From positions 1,696,001-1,760,000 of the forward strand of contig OZ241986.1 of assembly GCA_965204375.1 (NCBI GenBank): a DNA stretch of 64,000 nt, given 5' to 3'. The notes below the pieces were generated by a model. It had not been told where the DNA came from, ran no database searches, and was given only the letters and a program-made list of their open reading frames with translations. This DNA comes from Candidatus Latescibacterota bacterium. GTDB taxonomy: Bacteria > Latescibacterota > UBA2968. This document shows positions 1-8,692 of the stretch, piece by piece. The first letter of the stretch is position 1. Each line of letters starts with the position of its first letter. The position numbers and the translations under genes were made by a program.

Positions 1-1312
1 TCAGGACGAGTTTGTCGAGGTGGCGAATTTAGGTGAATACCCCATCGACATTGGCGGCTATTTCCTCGGTGATGACGATGTACCTGTGGAAAAATTTTTC
101 CGATTCCCCGATAGCACAGTGCTCGATACGCAAGCAGTTGTCGTGCTCTTTGGCGGTGGGGATATGCCCGTTAGCGAGCGAATATTTGCCGATGATGGTC
201 GCATTGGCGATGGCCTGTCCAATGGAGGTGATACCGTGCAATTACTGGCACCCGATGGAAGTACGGTGGTCTCCGGAATGACGTATGAGAACGCGCGTCA
301 GGGCATATCTTTTGCGAGAGATGATAATGGCAATTATCTATTACACAACCAGATATACGAGGGAGAATCTACCTCTGTCGGACGCTTGGGGCAGGGCGAT
401 GATTCGATTGAACCCGAGGAATTGACTGTTTCAGATGGCCTGATATTTTCCGAAATCCTGATGTTGCCCGAAAAGGTGGATGCCAATAACGATGGGATTG
501 TCGACCGGCATGCAGATGCTTTTGTCGAATTGACCAATATCGGTGCAGATACGCTCGACCTGAGCGGGTGGCTAATCGGAGATGACGATATCGTTGTCTC
601 TCGATTCTTTTCCTTTCCCGATGATGTCGTACTCGCGCCCAGCGGTTATATCACCATTTTTGGTGGGGGAACGCCCGTGGATATCCCCGGTACTGTCTTG
701 TCTGCTGAAGGTCAGATTGGCAATGGACTCAGTAGCGGGGGGGATGTCGTCCATCTGATCATGCCCGATAGCAAGACCGTAGCGCGGTCTGTGCGCGTAC
801 CAAAAGCTACCCCAGACGTTTCCTGGATATTTTCGCCCGATGAGCCTCCAGAGTTACATCCCAAAATTCCTGGCAAGCACGCAATATCGCCCGGCACATC
901 ACCTATTTCGGAGGTGAAATCAGACACTCTGACTGGTGTGGATGCCGTATCGGGAAAACCGATTGTTTTTGATGGTGAATACCAGACTATTAACAGTCCT
1001 ATCTCTGATAATTCCAAACTACGTGGGAAGGAAAAGGATTACAAAGAGGGTATTTACCCATCACCCAATCCCTTCAATTCTACAACTGTATTGGGTTTTT
1101 ACACTACAGGAGGCCCTGTTTATGTGACTATATATAATATTCTGGGACAACCTATCAGACGATTGGTTCAGCAGCATTTGCCAGCCGGATATTATCGGCG
1201 TATATGGGATGGTAAAAGTGACTCTGGTGTATCTGTGGGTTCTGGAATCTACATCGTCCTTCTAAAAGACAGCGAAGCGACATTTACCCAGCGCGTCGCG
1301 CTCTTGAAGTGA
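1..1312 (+). CDS. Secreted protein with tandem lamin-tail-like domains and a C-terminal FlgD-Ig/sorting-type domain (5' truncated by the window)
   Basis: Frame is open from base 2 (QDEFVEVANLG). It has two repeats of FVE.xN.G...D..G..xGDDD...FF.FPD...FGGG...IG.GLS.GGD and a C-terminal PSPNPFNSTT...IYNILGQ...WDG...GSGIY motif. Confidence 0.75.
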   Translation, partial: QDEFVEVANLGEYPIDIGGYFLGDDDVPVEKFFRFPDSTVLDTQAVVVLFGGGDMPVSERIFADDGRIGDGLSNGGDTVQLLAPDGSTVVSGMTYENARQGISFARDDNGNYLLHNQIYEGESTSVGRLGQGDDSIEPEELTVSDGLIFSEILMLPEKVDANNDGIVDRHADAFVELTNIGADTLDLSGWLIGDDDIVVSRFFSFPDDVVLAPSGYITIFGGGTPVDIPGTVLSAEGQIGNGLSSGGDVVHLIMPDSKTVARSVRVPKATPDVSWIFSPDEPPELHPKIPGKHAISPGTSPISEVKSDTLTGVDAVSGKPIVFDGEYQTINSPISDNSKLRGKEKDYKEGIYPSPNPFNSTTVLGFYTTGGPVYVTIYNILGQPIRRLVQQHLPAGYYRRIWDGKSDSGVSVGSGIYIVLLKDSEATFTQRVALLK

Positions 1313-1364
1313 GAAGCGGTATTATTTTTTTACCTTTTACCAAATAGAAGGGAGGTGAAACAGG

Positions 1365-1646
1365 ATGGCACAGCCCGAAATCACATTTCGTCATGGTCTG
1401 TGTAGTGCTTCGATTTTTGAAAATGAATACAAGCGCGGTGAAGAATCTTTCACTGTACGCACGGTTTCATTTCAGCGAAGTTATTTGGACAAAGAGGGGA
1501 ATTGGCAAACAACCAATAGCTTGAAAGTGAACGACATTCCCAAAGCCGTATTGGTGTTGAATAAAGCGTATGAGTTTTTGACATCAAACAGTCAGGTTGA
1601 AGCAGAAGCAGATGATGCGGCTACAATAGCAGATGAACAGGTTTGA
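1365..1646 (+). CDS. Small hypothetical protein, possibly ssDNA/nucleic-acid binding, with an acidic tail
   Basis: 93-aa ORF with a very strong SD (GGGAGGTGA). Beta-rich N-terminus with RSYLDKEGNWQTT, then a helix and an acidic C-terminus. Confidence 0.7.
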   Translation: MAQPEITFRHGLCSASIFENEYKRGEESFTVRTVSFQRSYLDKEGNWQTTNSLKVNDIPKAVLVLNKAYEFLTSNSQVEAEADDAATIADEQV

Positions 1647-1712
1647 GGAATTGGCGCACAACGGCATATTATACCTCATACCCTTTCAGTTATCAGTTCG
1701 ATAATTCAAATG

Positions 1713-1749
1713 AAAAAAGGTCCAGCTAATAAATAGTTGGACCTTTTTG
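1713..1749. terminator. Bidirectional intrinsic terminator
   Basis: AAAAAGGTCCAGCTA-loop-TAGTTGGACCTTTTT between convergent genes. Confidence 0.8.
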
Positions 1750-1796
1750 TGTTATGAACCGCTATTATATTTTTTACTATGACTTGCTTCGAGCAT

Positions 1797-2093
1797 CTAC
1801 TCGTCCAAAGGCTCGTGCAATGCTTTCTTGATCAGAACACCAGCTTTGAAATAGCTCTTTCGCCGCGCAGGAACATAGACAATCTCGCCTGTGCGGGGGT
1901 TGCGTGCAGCGGGTTTGGGTTTGGTCGGCTTGATACCCAGCACGCCAAATCCTCTGATTTCGATTCGATCACCAGCGATCAGGTTTTCGCGCATCGTGTT
2001 AAAAAGTGTATTTACAATCTCATAAGCGAGTTGTTTTTTGATTCCCAGACGATCGGAAATTTTTAACGCGATGTCTTTTTTTGTCATCGTCAT
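1797..2093 (-). CDS. Integration host factor/HU family DNA-binding protein
   Basis: MTKKDIA...RIEIRGFGV...ARNPRTGE.VYVPARR...FKAG signature. ATG at 2093 is preceded by GGAGG. Confidence 0.92.
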   Translation of the reverse strand: MTMTKKDIALKISDRLGIKKQLAYEIVNTLFNTMRENLIAGDRIEIRGFGVLGIKPTKPKPAARNPRTGEIVYVPARRKSYFKAGVLIKKALHEPLDE

Positions 2094-2250
2094 ACGGTCC
2101 TCCCATTTCACATATATTCTCAAGCCATTGGCTAATATAGCCTTAAACATCTAAGATGCAAGACAAAAATGTTTCAAAATTGTCACAAAATTGAAAAATT
2201 GCATTTGTTCTATATGTCGCTTATTTTATTATTGTTAATGAGGATAATAC

Positions 2251-3078
2251 ATGAGAGCAAAATCAGAAACCAGTGTAATACACCGCGTCACGCGATATGA
2301 TGGCTCTATTGGCAAATCCGCAGATGATGTGCTGGTCGTAGAGGAGCCGCTTGAAATTCGCGTTGCCGGAGAATCCGTTGCCGTGACCATGCGAACGCCG
2401 GGGGATGACCGCGCCCTTGCGCTGGGATTTTTGTATGGCGAGGGCATTATTCGTGAAATTGGCGATGTCGGACGTGCGGAACACTGCGGTCGCCCGGGGA
2501 CTCCTGAGTATGGAAATGTTATTGATGTTCTCCCTCATCCGGGCGAGATACTCGATCCCGAAAGGATTCGAGCGGGACGACGAGGCACACTGACTTCATC
2601 GGCGTGTGGGGTATGTGGGCGCGAGCAGATAGAAGATATGATGCAGCGATGTCAGCCCATCAATGATCATCGCGCTGTTCGGGCAGCGATGATTTTTTCC
2701 ACGCAAGAGCAAATGCGTCAAGCCCAGTACGTGTTTGCACAAACAGGGGGCGTTCATGCTGCTGCCGCATTTTCTGAAACAGGGGATATGTATTGCTGTT
2801 TTGAAGATATTGGCCGGCACAATGCAGTAGATAAGGTTGTAGGACATTTGATCGAAACGCATAACATAGTAGAAGGGGAGGGAGTACAGATACTTGCGGT
2901 GAGCAGCAGGGCGAGTTTTGAAATCGTGCAAAAGGCCGTTGTTGCGCGCATACCTGTCGTGGTTGCCGTATCTGCAGCGAGTTCATTGGCGGCAGATCTT
3001 GCACAGGCGATGGGAATAACTCTCATTGGTTTTGCACGCGATAAAAGGATGGTCGTTTATACGGGATCTGTGCAATAG
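2251..3078 (+). CDS. fdhD: Formate dehydrogenase accessory sulfurtransferase FdhD
   Basis: VVEEPLEI, TMRTPG, SSACGVCG, TGGVHAA and EDIGRHNAVDK motifs. Confidence 0.93.
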   Translation: MRAKSETSVIHRVTRYDGSIGKSADDVLVVEEPLEIRVAGESVAVTMRTPGDDRALALGFLYGEGIIREIGDVGRAEHCGRPGTPEYGNVIDVLPHPGEILDPERIRAGRRGTLTSSACGVCGREQIEDMMQRCQPINDHRAVRAAMIFSTQEQMRQAQYVFAQTGGVHAAAAFSETGDMYCCFEDIGRHNAVDKVVGHLIETHNIVEGEGVQILAVSSRASFEIVQKAVVARIPVVVAVSAASSLAADLAQAMGITLIGFARDKRMVVYTGSVQ

Positions 3079-3110
3079 GGTGAGGGAAGAGGTCTCGCAT
3101 CCCCCTATAG

Positions 3111-3143
3111 GCGGTTGGGCTGGTTGATCCAACCGCTAAATTT
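3111..3143 (+). terminator. Putative hairpin/terminator after fdhD
   Basis: GCGGTTGG-loop-CCAACCGC followed by a short T run. Confidence 0.45.
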
Positions 3144-3214
3144 TGCCGTATATGGGAACACTATTTGCAAATTTCAGGTCTAATCGTTGGCAAAGCACAA
3201 TGAGGGATGTATTG

Positions 3215-4108
3215 ATGGTCATTCGCATTTCAAATCTGACAAAAGTATATCGCCGTGGCGCGGTTCCCGCCTTAGACGATGTCACATTGACCATTCCGCA
3301 CGGAACATTTGGTCTGCTGGGCCCCAATGGTGCAGGCAAGACAACGCTGATTAAAATTTTATCGACTCAGATGGACGCATCGAGCGGCAGTGTGACCATG
3401 GATGAGTTCGACCTCGTAAAAGACCGCACTGAAATTCGCCGGCGCCTGGGATATTTACCCCAACATTTTGGGACGTATCCGCAACTGACTGCCTGGGAAT
3501 TTCTCGATTATATGGCTGTTTTAGGCGGCATGCATAATAGAAGTTCGCGTTTGAATCGCGTGGAACAAGCTCTAAACGAAGTCGGATTGTACGAAGCGCG
3601 CAATCGGCGCTCGGGCACGTTTTCAGGTGGCATGATGCGCCGCCTTGGCATTGCACAGACCATTTTGACCAATCCAGAATTTCTCATTGTCGATGAACCC
3701 ACCGTAGGACTTGACCCGGAAGAGCGCATACGGTTTCGGGGTATTTTGGGACGCTTGAGCAGCGATCGCGCAATTTTGATTTCCACGCATATTGTGGGCG
3801 ATATTTCGAGCACCTGCGAAGATCTCGCGGTCCTGGATACCGGACGGCTGATCTTTCGCGGTTCTCCCGGAGAACTCATTTCCAAAGCCGATGGCAAAAC
3901 GTGGGAAGTACAGGTCGATGACGCTGGCTTTGAAATGCTGTCGCGCGTGTTTCGCGTAGTCACAGTAAATGTTGAAGGCGATCTGATGCGTCTGCGTATG
4001 GTGGGCGATGGCGAGCCTCCCGCTGATGCCGAAGCAGTCGCGCCCAATCTCGAAGATGCCTATGTCTATTTTGTCGGAGGCGATACCACAGGCGAAATCG
4101 CCGCGTAA
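3215..4108 (+). CDS. ABC transporter ATP-binding protein (ABC-2/type V exporter class)
   Basis: Walker A GPNGAGKT, signature FSGGM, Walker B LIVDEPT, H-loop STH. Start placed at ATG 3215 after GAGGGA. Confidence 0.92.
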   Translation: MVIRISNLTKVYRRGAVPALDDVTLTIPHGTFGLLGPNGAGKTTLIKILSTQMDASSGSVTMDEFDLVKDRTEIRRRLGYLPQHFGTYPQLTAWEFLDYMAVLGGMHNRSSRLNRVEQALNEVGLYEARNRRSGTFSGGMMRRLGIAQTILTNPEFLIVDEPTVGLDPEERIRFRGILGRLSSDRAILISTHIVGDISSTCEDLAVLDTGRLIFRGSPGELISKADGKTWEVQVDDAGFEMLSRVFRVVTVNVEGDLMRLRMVGDGEPPADAEAVAPNLEDAYVYFVGGDTTGEIAA

Positions 4109-4120
4109 AGGATTAATGCC

Positions 4121-7100
4121 ATGTTATCTATTTGTTACAATGTATGGGGCGTTGCGCGTTATGAGCGCAAAATGCTCTTGAGAACCACAAAATTCCGTAT
4201 TTTGGGCGGCCTGGGGATGAGCATTCCCGTTTTGCTCGGTATCGGCTTTGCCATAGCAGAAGCCAACGGTGCTGAACTGCCCGTGGGAATTGATTCTTAT
4301 GTTCCATTTTTAGTGTACAGTTTCTTGCAGACCATTGTCATAGCATTTATTGTAGGGGATTTTAGAGCGGCGGATGAACAGGCGCATATTTACGAAGTCG
4401 TGGCCGGGCGGCCCATTTCCACTGCAGAACTGGTTGCGGGTAAGTATCTGGGCATTGTTAGTGCGCTTGTCTTTTTGAGCCTGGGCGTTCTGCTTTTAAC
4501 CCTGAGTATCCAGGCTGCAAAAATCAGCATGACGGGTAATCCATTTACAATAAAACCCTATATCAGCTACCTCGTGCTCATGAACCTGCCCGCCCTGATT
4601 TTTATGTCTTCTGTGACATTTTTTCTGGGGGCAGTGTTGCGACGGCAAGCTGCAGTTGCCCTGATTGTGATCGGGTACTTGTTGGCCGTCTTGTTATTCC
4701 TGGGCAGGCGATATGACGGCATCTACGACTTTGGTGCTTTTTTTACGCCTCTGTATTATTCCGATCTGATTGGTCTGGCAGATATTACGCAAGTGGGGCT
4801 AAAACGCCTGTTTTACATCTTGCTCGGCATTGGATTTTTTGGGTTTTCAATTGATTGGTATCCCCGCCTTGCGCATTCCATAGTCGCGCGGTGGTTTGGT
4901 CGCGGCTGCGCGTTGACCGGTTTTGGTCTGGCTGTGGGCCTTTACTTCTATATGGGTGCAGAGGCACAAGAAGGGAAAGCGTATCGCCAGTCTCTGCTCG
5001 AGCAACAGGAAGCGGTTGCGAATATTCCCGTCGCGGAAATAACCCATTACGATCTGGCATTGACGCTTTTGGGAGAGGAACCGCTTGCTGCCTCTGGCAC
5101 GATTAGATTGAAAAATTCCAACGAAGTCCCGCTCGATACGCTGATCCTTTCGCTCAATCCCGGATTAAAAATCCAGAGCCTGACGCGCGGCGATGGCGGC
5201 ACAATAGCGTGGGAGCGGATGGGAAGCGTGATCCGCGTTGTGCCTACTAACCCCCTGCAATCGGAGCGAGAACTCGATCTGACATTGGCTTATGCGGGTG
5301 ATATTAACACGGAAGGTTTTGACCTCAAACGGGAAAAAGCCAGACCGAAGTTACGCAAACGCGAAGGGCCATTTGGAATATTTAATAAAGGCTCTCTGAC
5401 GGCGTGGATTCGCGACAATTCCATCTTCTTGCCTCCGCGCAGCCGATGGTATCCGGTAACGGGCGTTGATTACGGCTATGAAGATACGCGCGCGGTTTCC
5501 TTTTCAACGGCAAATTTACAAATAACATACCCGCAAGGCATTGAAGTCATTACTCAGGGGCAGGTCGGCAAGACCGATACACTCGACACACAGATAACGC
5601 GCCAATGGACTGTTGAAAAACCCGTGCCTGTCCTATCGCTGAATGCGGGCGAATACCGCGTTTACCGCGCGATCATTCACGACGTCGAATGCGCCCTTTA
5701 CGCCCATCCATCACATCTGCGTCCAGTCCGATTTTTTGAAGGTGCCGAAGAAGAGATTTTGCGCGCACTCGGGCAAATTATGGACGCAATGGAACAGGAA
5801 TCGGGCATGAAATATCCCTATGCCAGTCTTTCTCTGGTGGAAATCCCCTTCCATGTTCAATGGTATTACGAAGGCTGGGAAGAAAAGGGCGGTTTGACGC
5901 AGCCCGGTGTGTTAATGATAGAAGAAGATGTGTTCATGAGGCAGCAATTCACCCGCGATTTCAAGCGCTATCAGGAGCGCTCGCGCGGCAACCGTGAACC
6001 CAAAGATATTAAAAAGGATCTTTTGGTACGCGCGGTTTTTTCGACCTTCTTTTCCAGAGAGGGAAATTCGGGCAGACAGGGACAACCAGGCGGATTGTTT
6101 CGCAGCCCAGTTGTTCAACTCTGGGCTTATGACAAGCAGTTTGTGGGCGACCACCATGCCTTGCTCAAAAAGGGCATGCCCCTGTATCTCCAGAATGATT
6201 TGAGCACCGATATGACCTCTGCGTTTTATTCGAGCCAACGACGCGGTGGCGGGCGTGGTGGACCCGGAGGGCGCGATGGTCCCGGAGGACGCGGTGGACC
6301 CGGAGGGCGCGGCAGGACAGCTGGTGGTGGGGCTGCCTGGGATACGTTGATCGCGAAAATGCAACGCAAGTCATTTGCCGATTTAAATCCCGAAACGCAA
6401 GCCGGCCTCTATCGCCAGGTTCTCGACGCCAAGGGACCCGCACTTTTTCAAATGATGGAATCTTTTTTGGGTGAGGAAACATTTCGCACGGTCTTAGACG
6501 ACATAGACCACAATCACAAATACGAAAACATCGATTTTTCCACCTTTGAACGCGCTGCTGTGGGCGATACCACAGAAAGTGACGAGAGCCAAAAATTGCA
6601 GCGCCTCGTCAACGACTGGATTTTCAGTACAGAAATCCCGGGCTATACCCTTACAAGGGTAAAAGCACTGAAGATGGACGACGGCTTTGGGATGGTGGTC
6701 TATCAATTGATTCTGCGGATAAAGAATAGCGAACCGGGCCGGGGATATGTGCAAATTACAGCTACGGGCCGGGGCGATGAAGCCCTAAAAGGCGTAGAGA
6801 TTGAAGGTGGACAGGAAATTGAAGTCTCGATGGTTTTGTGGGAGCAACCATTCAGGGTGATGGTCGAACCCTTTTTTGCGCGCAATCGGCGACCTCTTAT
6901 GTCCCCCGTGCGCGTCCCCGAAGATGTCACAGAGGGCTTTCCCGTTGCTTATGTCAAAGACGTGACGGGCGAAGAGTCCGGTCCTGTTGAGATTATTGTA
7001 GATAATGACGACGACGGATTCTCAATGCCCGTGCGACGCGCAACGCGCTACTTCCGCCCGGGACTCAAAGGCGGCAACTGGCGCGAGCAGGGCTCGCCAA

Positions 7101-7606
7101 TGGCCTTTGGGCGATTTGAGACAAATTTTCGAATGAAACATCCGGGCGATGGGGCACAGCCGGCTGTGTGGACAGCGCAAATCCCCAAAGACGGCGAGTA
7201 CGATGTGAGCTTCTTTTTTCCCGATCCCTCAATGGCCAGGCGCATGCGCGTCGGATCGAATTTTATACTCACTATTTTTCACAGCGGCAAAGCCGATACC
7301 CTCGAAATGGAGCGCGACCAGATGAAAGCGGGATGGAATTATCTGGGGCGATACAAATTTGCCGAGGGCGAAGAAGCCGTAGTCGAATTGTCCGACCGAG
7401 CAGAAGGGCGTGGGCGCCTGTATGCCGATGCTGTACGATGGCGCTTTTTTGACCCGGAAAACCCCGATGCCTACGAAGATGAAATGCCCACCTTTATGTT
7501 TCGCGGTCGAGGTGGACCAGGTGGCGGGCCTGGGGGGCGCGGCGGCGGGGATGGTAGGCGAGGTTCCGGTGGTGGCAGAGGTGGCGGCGGGTTGTTGGGC
7601 TTTTAA
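4121..7606 (+). CDS. ABC-2 permease fused to an M1-aminopeptidase-like ectodomain and a C-terminal Golvesin/xanthan-lyase-like beta domain
   Basis: N-terminal multi-TM region with RPISTAELVAGKYLG. M1-like ITHYDL..., YPY..LSLVE, KG..LFQM...LGEETF. C-terminal IIVDNDD...AVWT..IP..GEYDV...GWNYLG.Y.F...YADAVRW. Confidence 0.75.
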   Translation: MLSICYNVWGVARYERKMLLRTTKFRILGGLGMSIPVLLGIGFAIAEANGAELPVGIDSYVPFLVYSFLQTIVIAFIVGDFRAADEQAHIYEVVAGRPISTAELVAGKYLGIVSALVFLSLGVLLLTLSIQAAKISMTGNPFTIKPYISYLVLMNLPALIFMSSVTFFLGAVLRRQAAVALIVIGYLLAVLLFLGRRYDGIYDFGAFFTPLYYSDLIGLADITQVGLKRLFYILLGIGFFGFSIDWYPRLAHSIVARWFGRGCALTGFGLAVGLYFYMGAEAQEGKAYRQSLLEQQEAVANIPVAEITHYDLALTLLGEEPLAASGTIRLKNSNEVPLDTLILSLNPGLKIQSLTRGDGGTIAWERMGSVIRVVPTNPLQSERELDLTLAYAGDINTEGFDLKREKARPKLRKREGPFGIFNKGSLTAWIRDNSIFLPPRSRWYPVTGVDYGYEDTRAVSFSTANLQITYPQGIEVITQGQVGKTDTLDTQITRQWTVEKPVPVLSLNAGEYRVYRAIIHDVECALYAHPSHLRPVRFFEGAEEEILRALGQIMDAMEQESGMKYPYASLSLVEIPFHVQWYYEGWEEKGGLTQPGVLMIEEDVFMRQQFTRDFKRYQERSRGNREPKDIKKDLLVRAVFSTFFSREGNSGRQGQPGGLFRSPVVQLWAYDKQFVGDHHALLKKGMPLYLQNDLSTDMTSAFYSSQRRGGGRGGPGGRDGPGGRGGPGGRGRTAGGGAAWDTLIAKMQRKSFADLNPETQAGLYRQVLDAKGPALFQMMESFLGEETFRTVLDDIDHNHKYENIDFSTFERAAVGDTTESDESQKLQRLVNDWIFSTEIPGYTLTRVKALKMDDGFGMVVYQLILRIKNSEPGRGYVQITATGRGDEALKGVEIEGGQEIEVSMVLWEQPFRVMVEPFFARNRRPLMSPVRVPEDVTEGFPVAYVKDVTGEESGPVEIIVDNDDDGFSMPVRRATRYFRPGLKGGNWREQGSPMAFGRFETNFRMKHPGDGAQPAVWTAQIPKDGEYDVSFFFPDPSMARRMRVGSNFILTIFHSGKADTLEMERDQMKAGWNYLGRYKFAEGEEAVVELSDRAEGRGRLYADAVRWRFFDPENPDAYEDEMPTFMFRGRGGPGGGPGGRGGGDGRRGSGGGRGGGGLLGF
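6257..6310 (+). repeat. 3 x 18-bp in-frame tandem repeat encoding GGPGGR/DGPGGR
   Basis: GGTGGACCCGGAGGGCGC / GATGGTCCCGGAGGACGC / GGTGGACCCGGAGGGCGC. Confidence 0.85.
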
Positions 7607-7618
7607 TTTAACGGAGGA

Positions 7619-8692
7619 ATGGACGTGAAGTTTGATTTTTGCTCAAAATTTCTGTTGGTAATTGTCCTTTGTGGGATAGTCGCCTGTGATCAACAGGCGG
7701 AACAGCGCACCGTTGACCTGACGGTTCCCGTTACTGTTCAATCCGTAGAGACGGGAACAATCGAATCTATAGTGACAGCTACCGGAACACTCAGACCCGT
7801 GCGCGAAGCCCAGATCACGACGGAGATTCGGGGAAATCTGTACTGGAGCAAAGGGAGTAATAACCGCTTGCTCGCCAAGGGATCAGAGGTTAGAAGGAGG
7901 CAGACTATAGCCAGGCTCGACAGCGACGAATGGGTTGTTGGCGCACGGGTGGAAGCGCGCAAACTGGCGGTTGAAACAGCCAAGCGAACGCTAAAAGAGC
8001 AGGAAACTCTGTTTAGCCGACAACTGGCAACGGAAATGGACGTTGAAAGTGCGCGTAGAGCCTGGGCCGATGCAGAAGCCAATTATCAGGATGCCCTCAT
8101 CAAGATCGATAAAACCAAACTTTTAGCCCCCATTCAGGGCGTGCTATCGGAACTTGCGGATATTACGCAGGGAACGCTGGTGACTCCAAATACCGCAATC
8201 GCAAAAATTATGGATTATTCACAGGTATTTGTGGATCTGAAAATTCCCAATGCCCAGATTATTAACGTGAAATTGGGCCAAGGCATCCGCGTGAGTAATT
8301 ACGCTTTGCCCGAAGAAGTTTTTGAGGGCGAGATTGTCGAGATGGATCCCGCCATTGATCCGGTCACGCGCACGGTTCAGGTCGTCGGAATGGTCGATAA
8401 TCCCGACTTGTTGTTGCGGGCGGGCATGTTTGTAAAAACGGAAATCGTCACGGAATCGCGGCAAAATGTCGTACTTATTGCGCGCAATCTCGTTTTGCGG
8501 CGCAGAAATCAGAAGGTCGTTTTTATCGAAGAAGAAGGCCGCGCGCAACAACGCGAAGTCGAAACAGGTCTGGAAGACCGCGAGCGCGTGGAAATTGTGG
8601 TCGGCCTTGAACCGGGAGACCAATTGATCACGAGCAATTACGAAACACTGAGGCCGCGCACCCGGGTGCGGGTCACGGGAGATAGCCGATGA
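7619..8692 (+). CDS. RND efflux periplasmic adaptor (membrane fusion protein), probable lipoprotein
   Basis: Hydrophobic signal ending IVAC, then lipoyl/hairpin pattern (LLAPIQG), IDPVTRT, LRAGMF, VETGL...GLEPGD. Confidence 0.92.
   Translation: MDVKFDFCSKFLLVIVLCGIVACDQQAEQRTVDLTVPVTVQSVETGTIESIVTATGTLRPVREAQITTEIRGNLYWSKGSNNRLLAKGSEVRRRQTIARLDSDEWVVGARVEARKLAVETAKRTLKEQETLFSRQLATEMDVESARRAWADAEANYQDALIKIDKTKLLAPIQGVLSELADITQGTLVTPNTAIAKIMDYSQVFVDLKIPNAQIINVKLGQGIRVSNYALPEEVFEGEIVEMDPAIDPVTRTVQVVGMVDNPDLLLRAGMFVKTEIVTESRQNVVLIARNLVLRRRNQKVVFIEEEGRAQQREVETGLEDRERVEIVVGLEPGDQLITSNYETLRPRTRVRVTGDSR

Noticed and set aside
2251-3078. fdhD as part of the transporter operon or a formate dehydrogenase locus
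   Set aside because: A hairpin separates it from the ABC gene and no fdh genes are nearby. Stand-alone fdhD is common.
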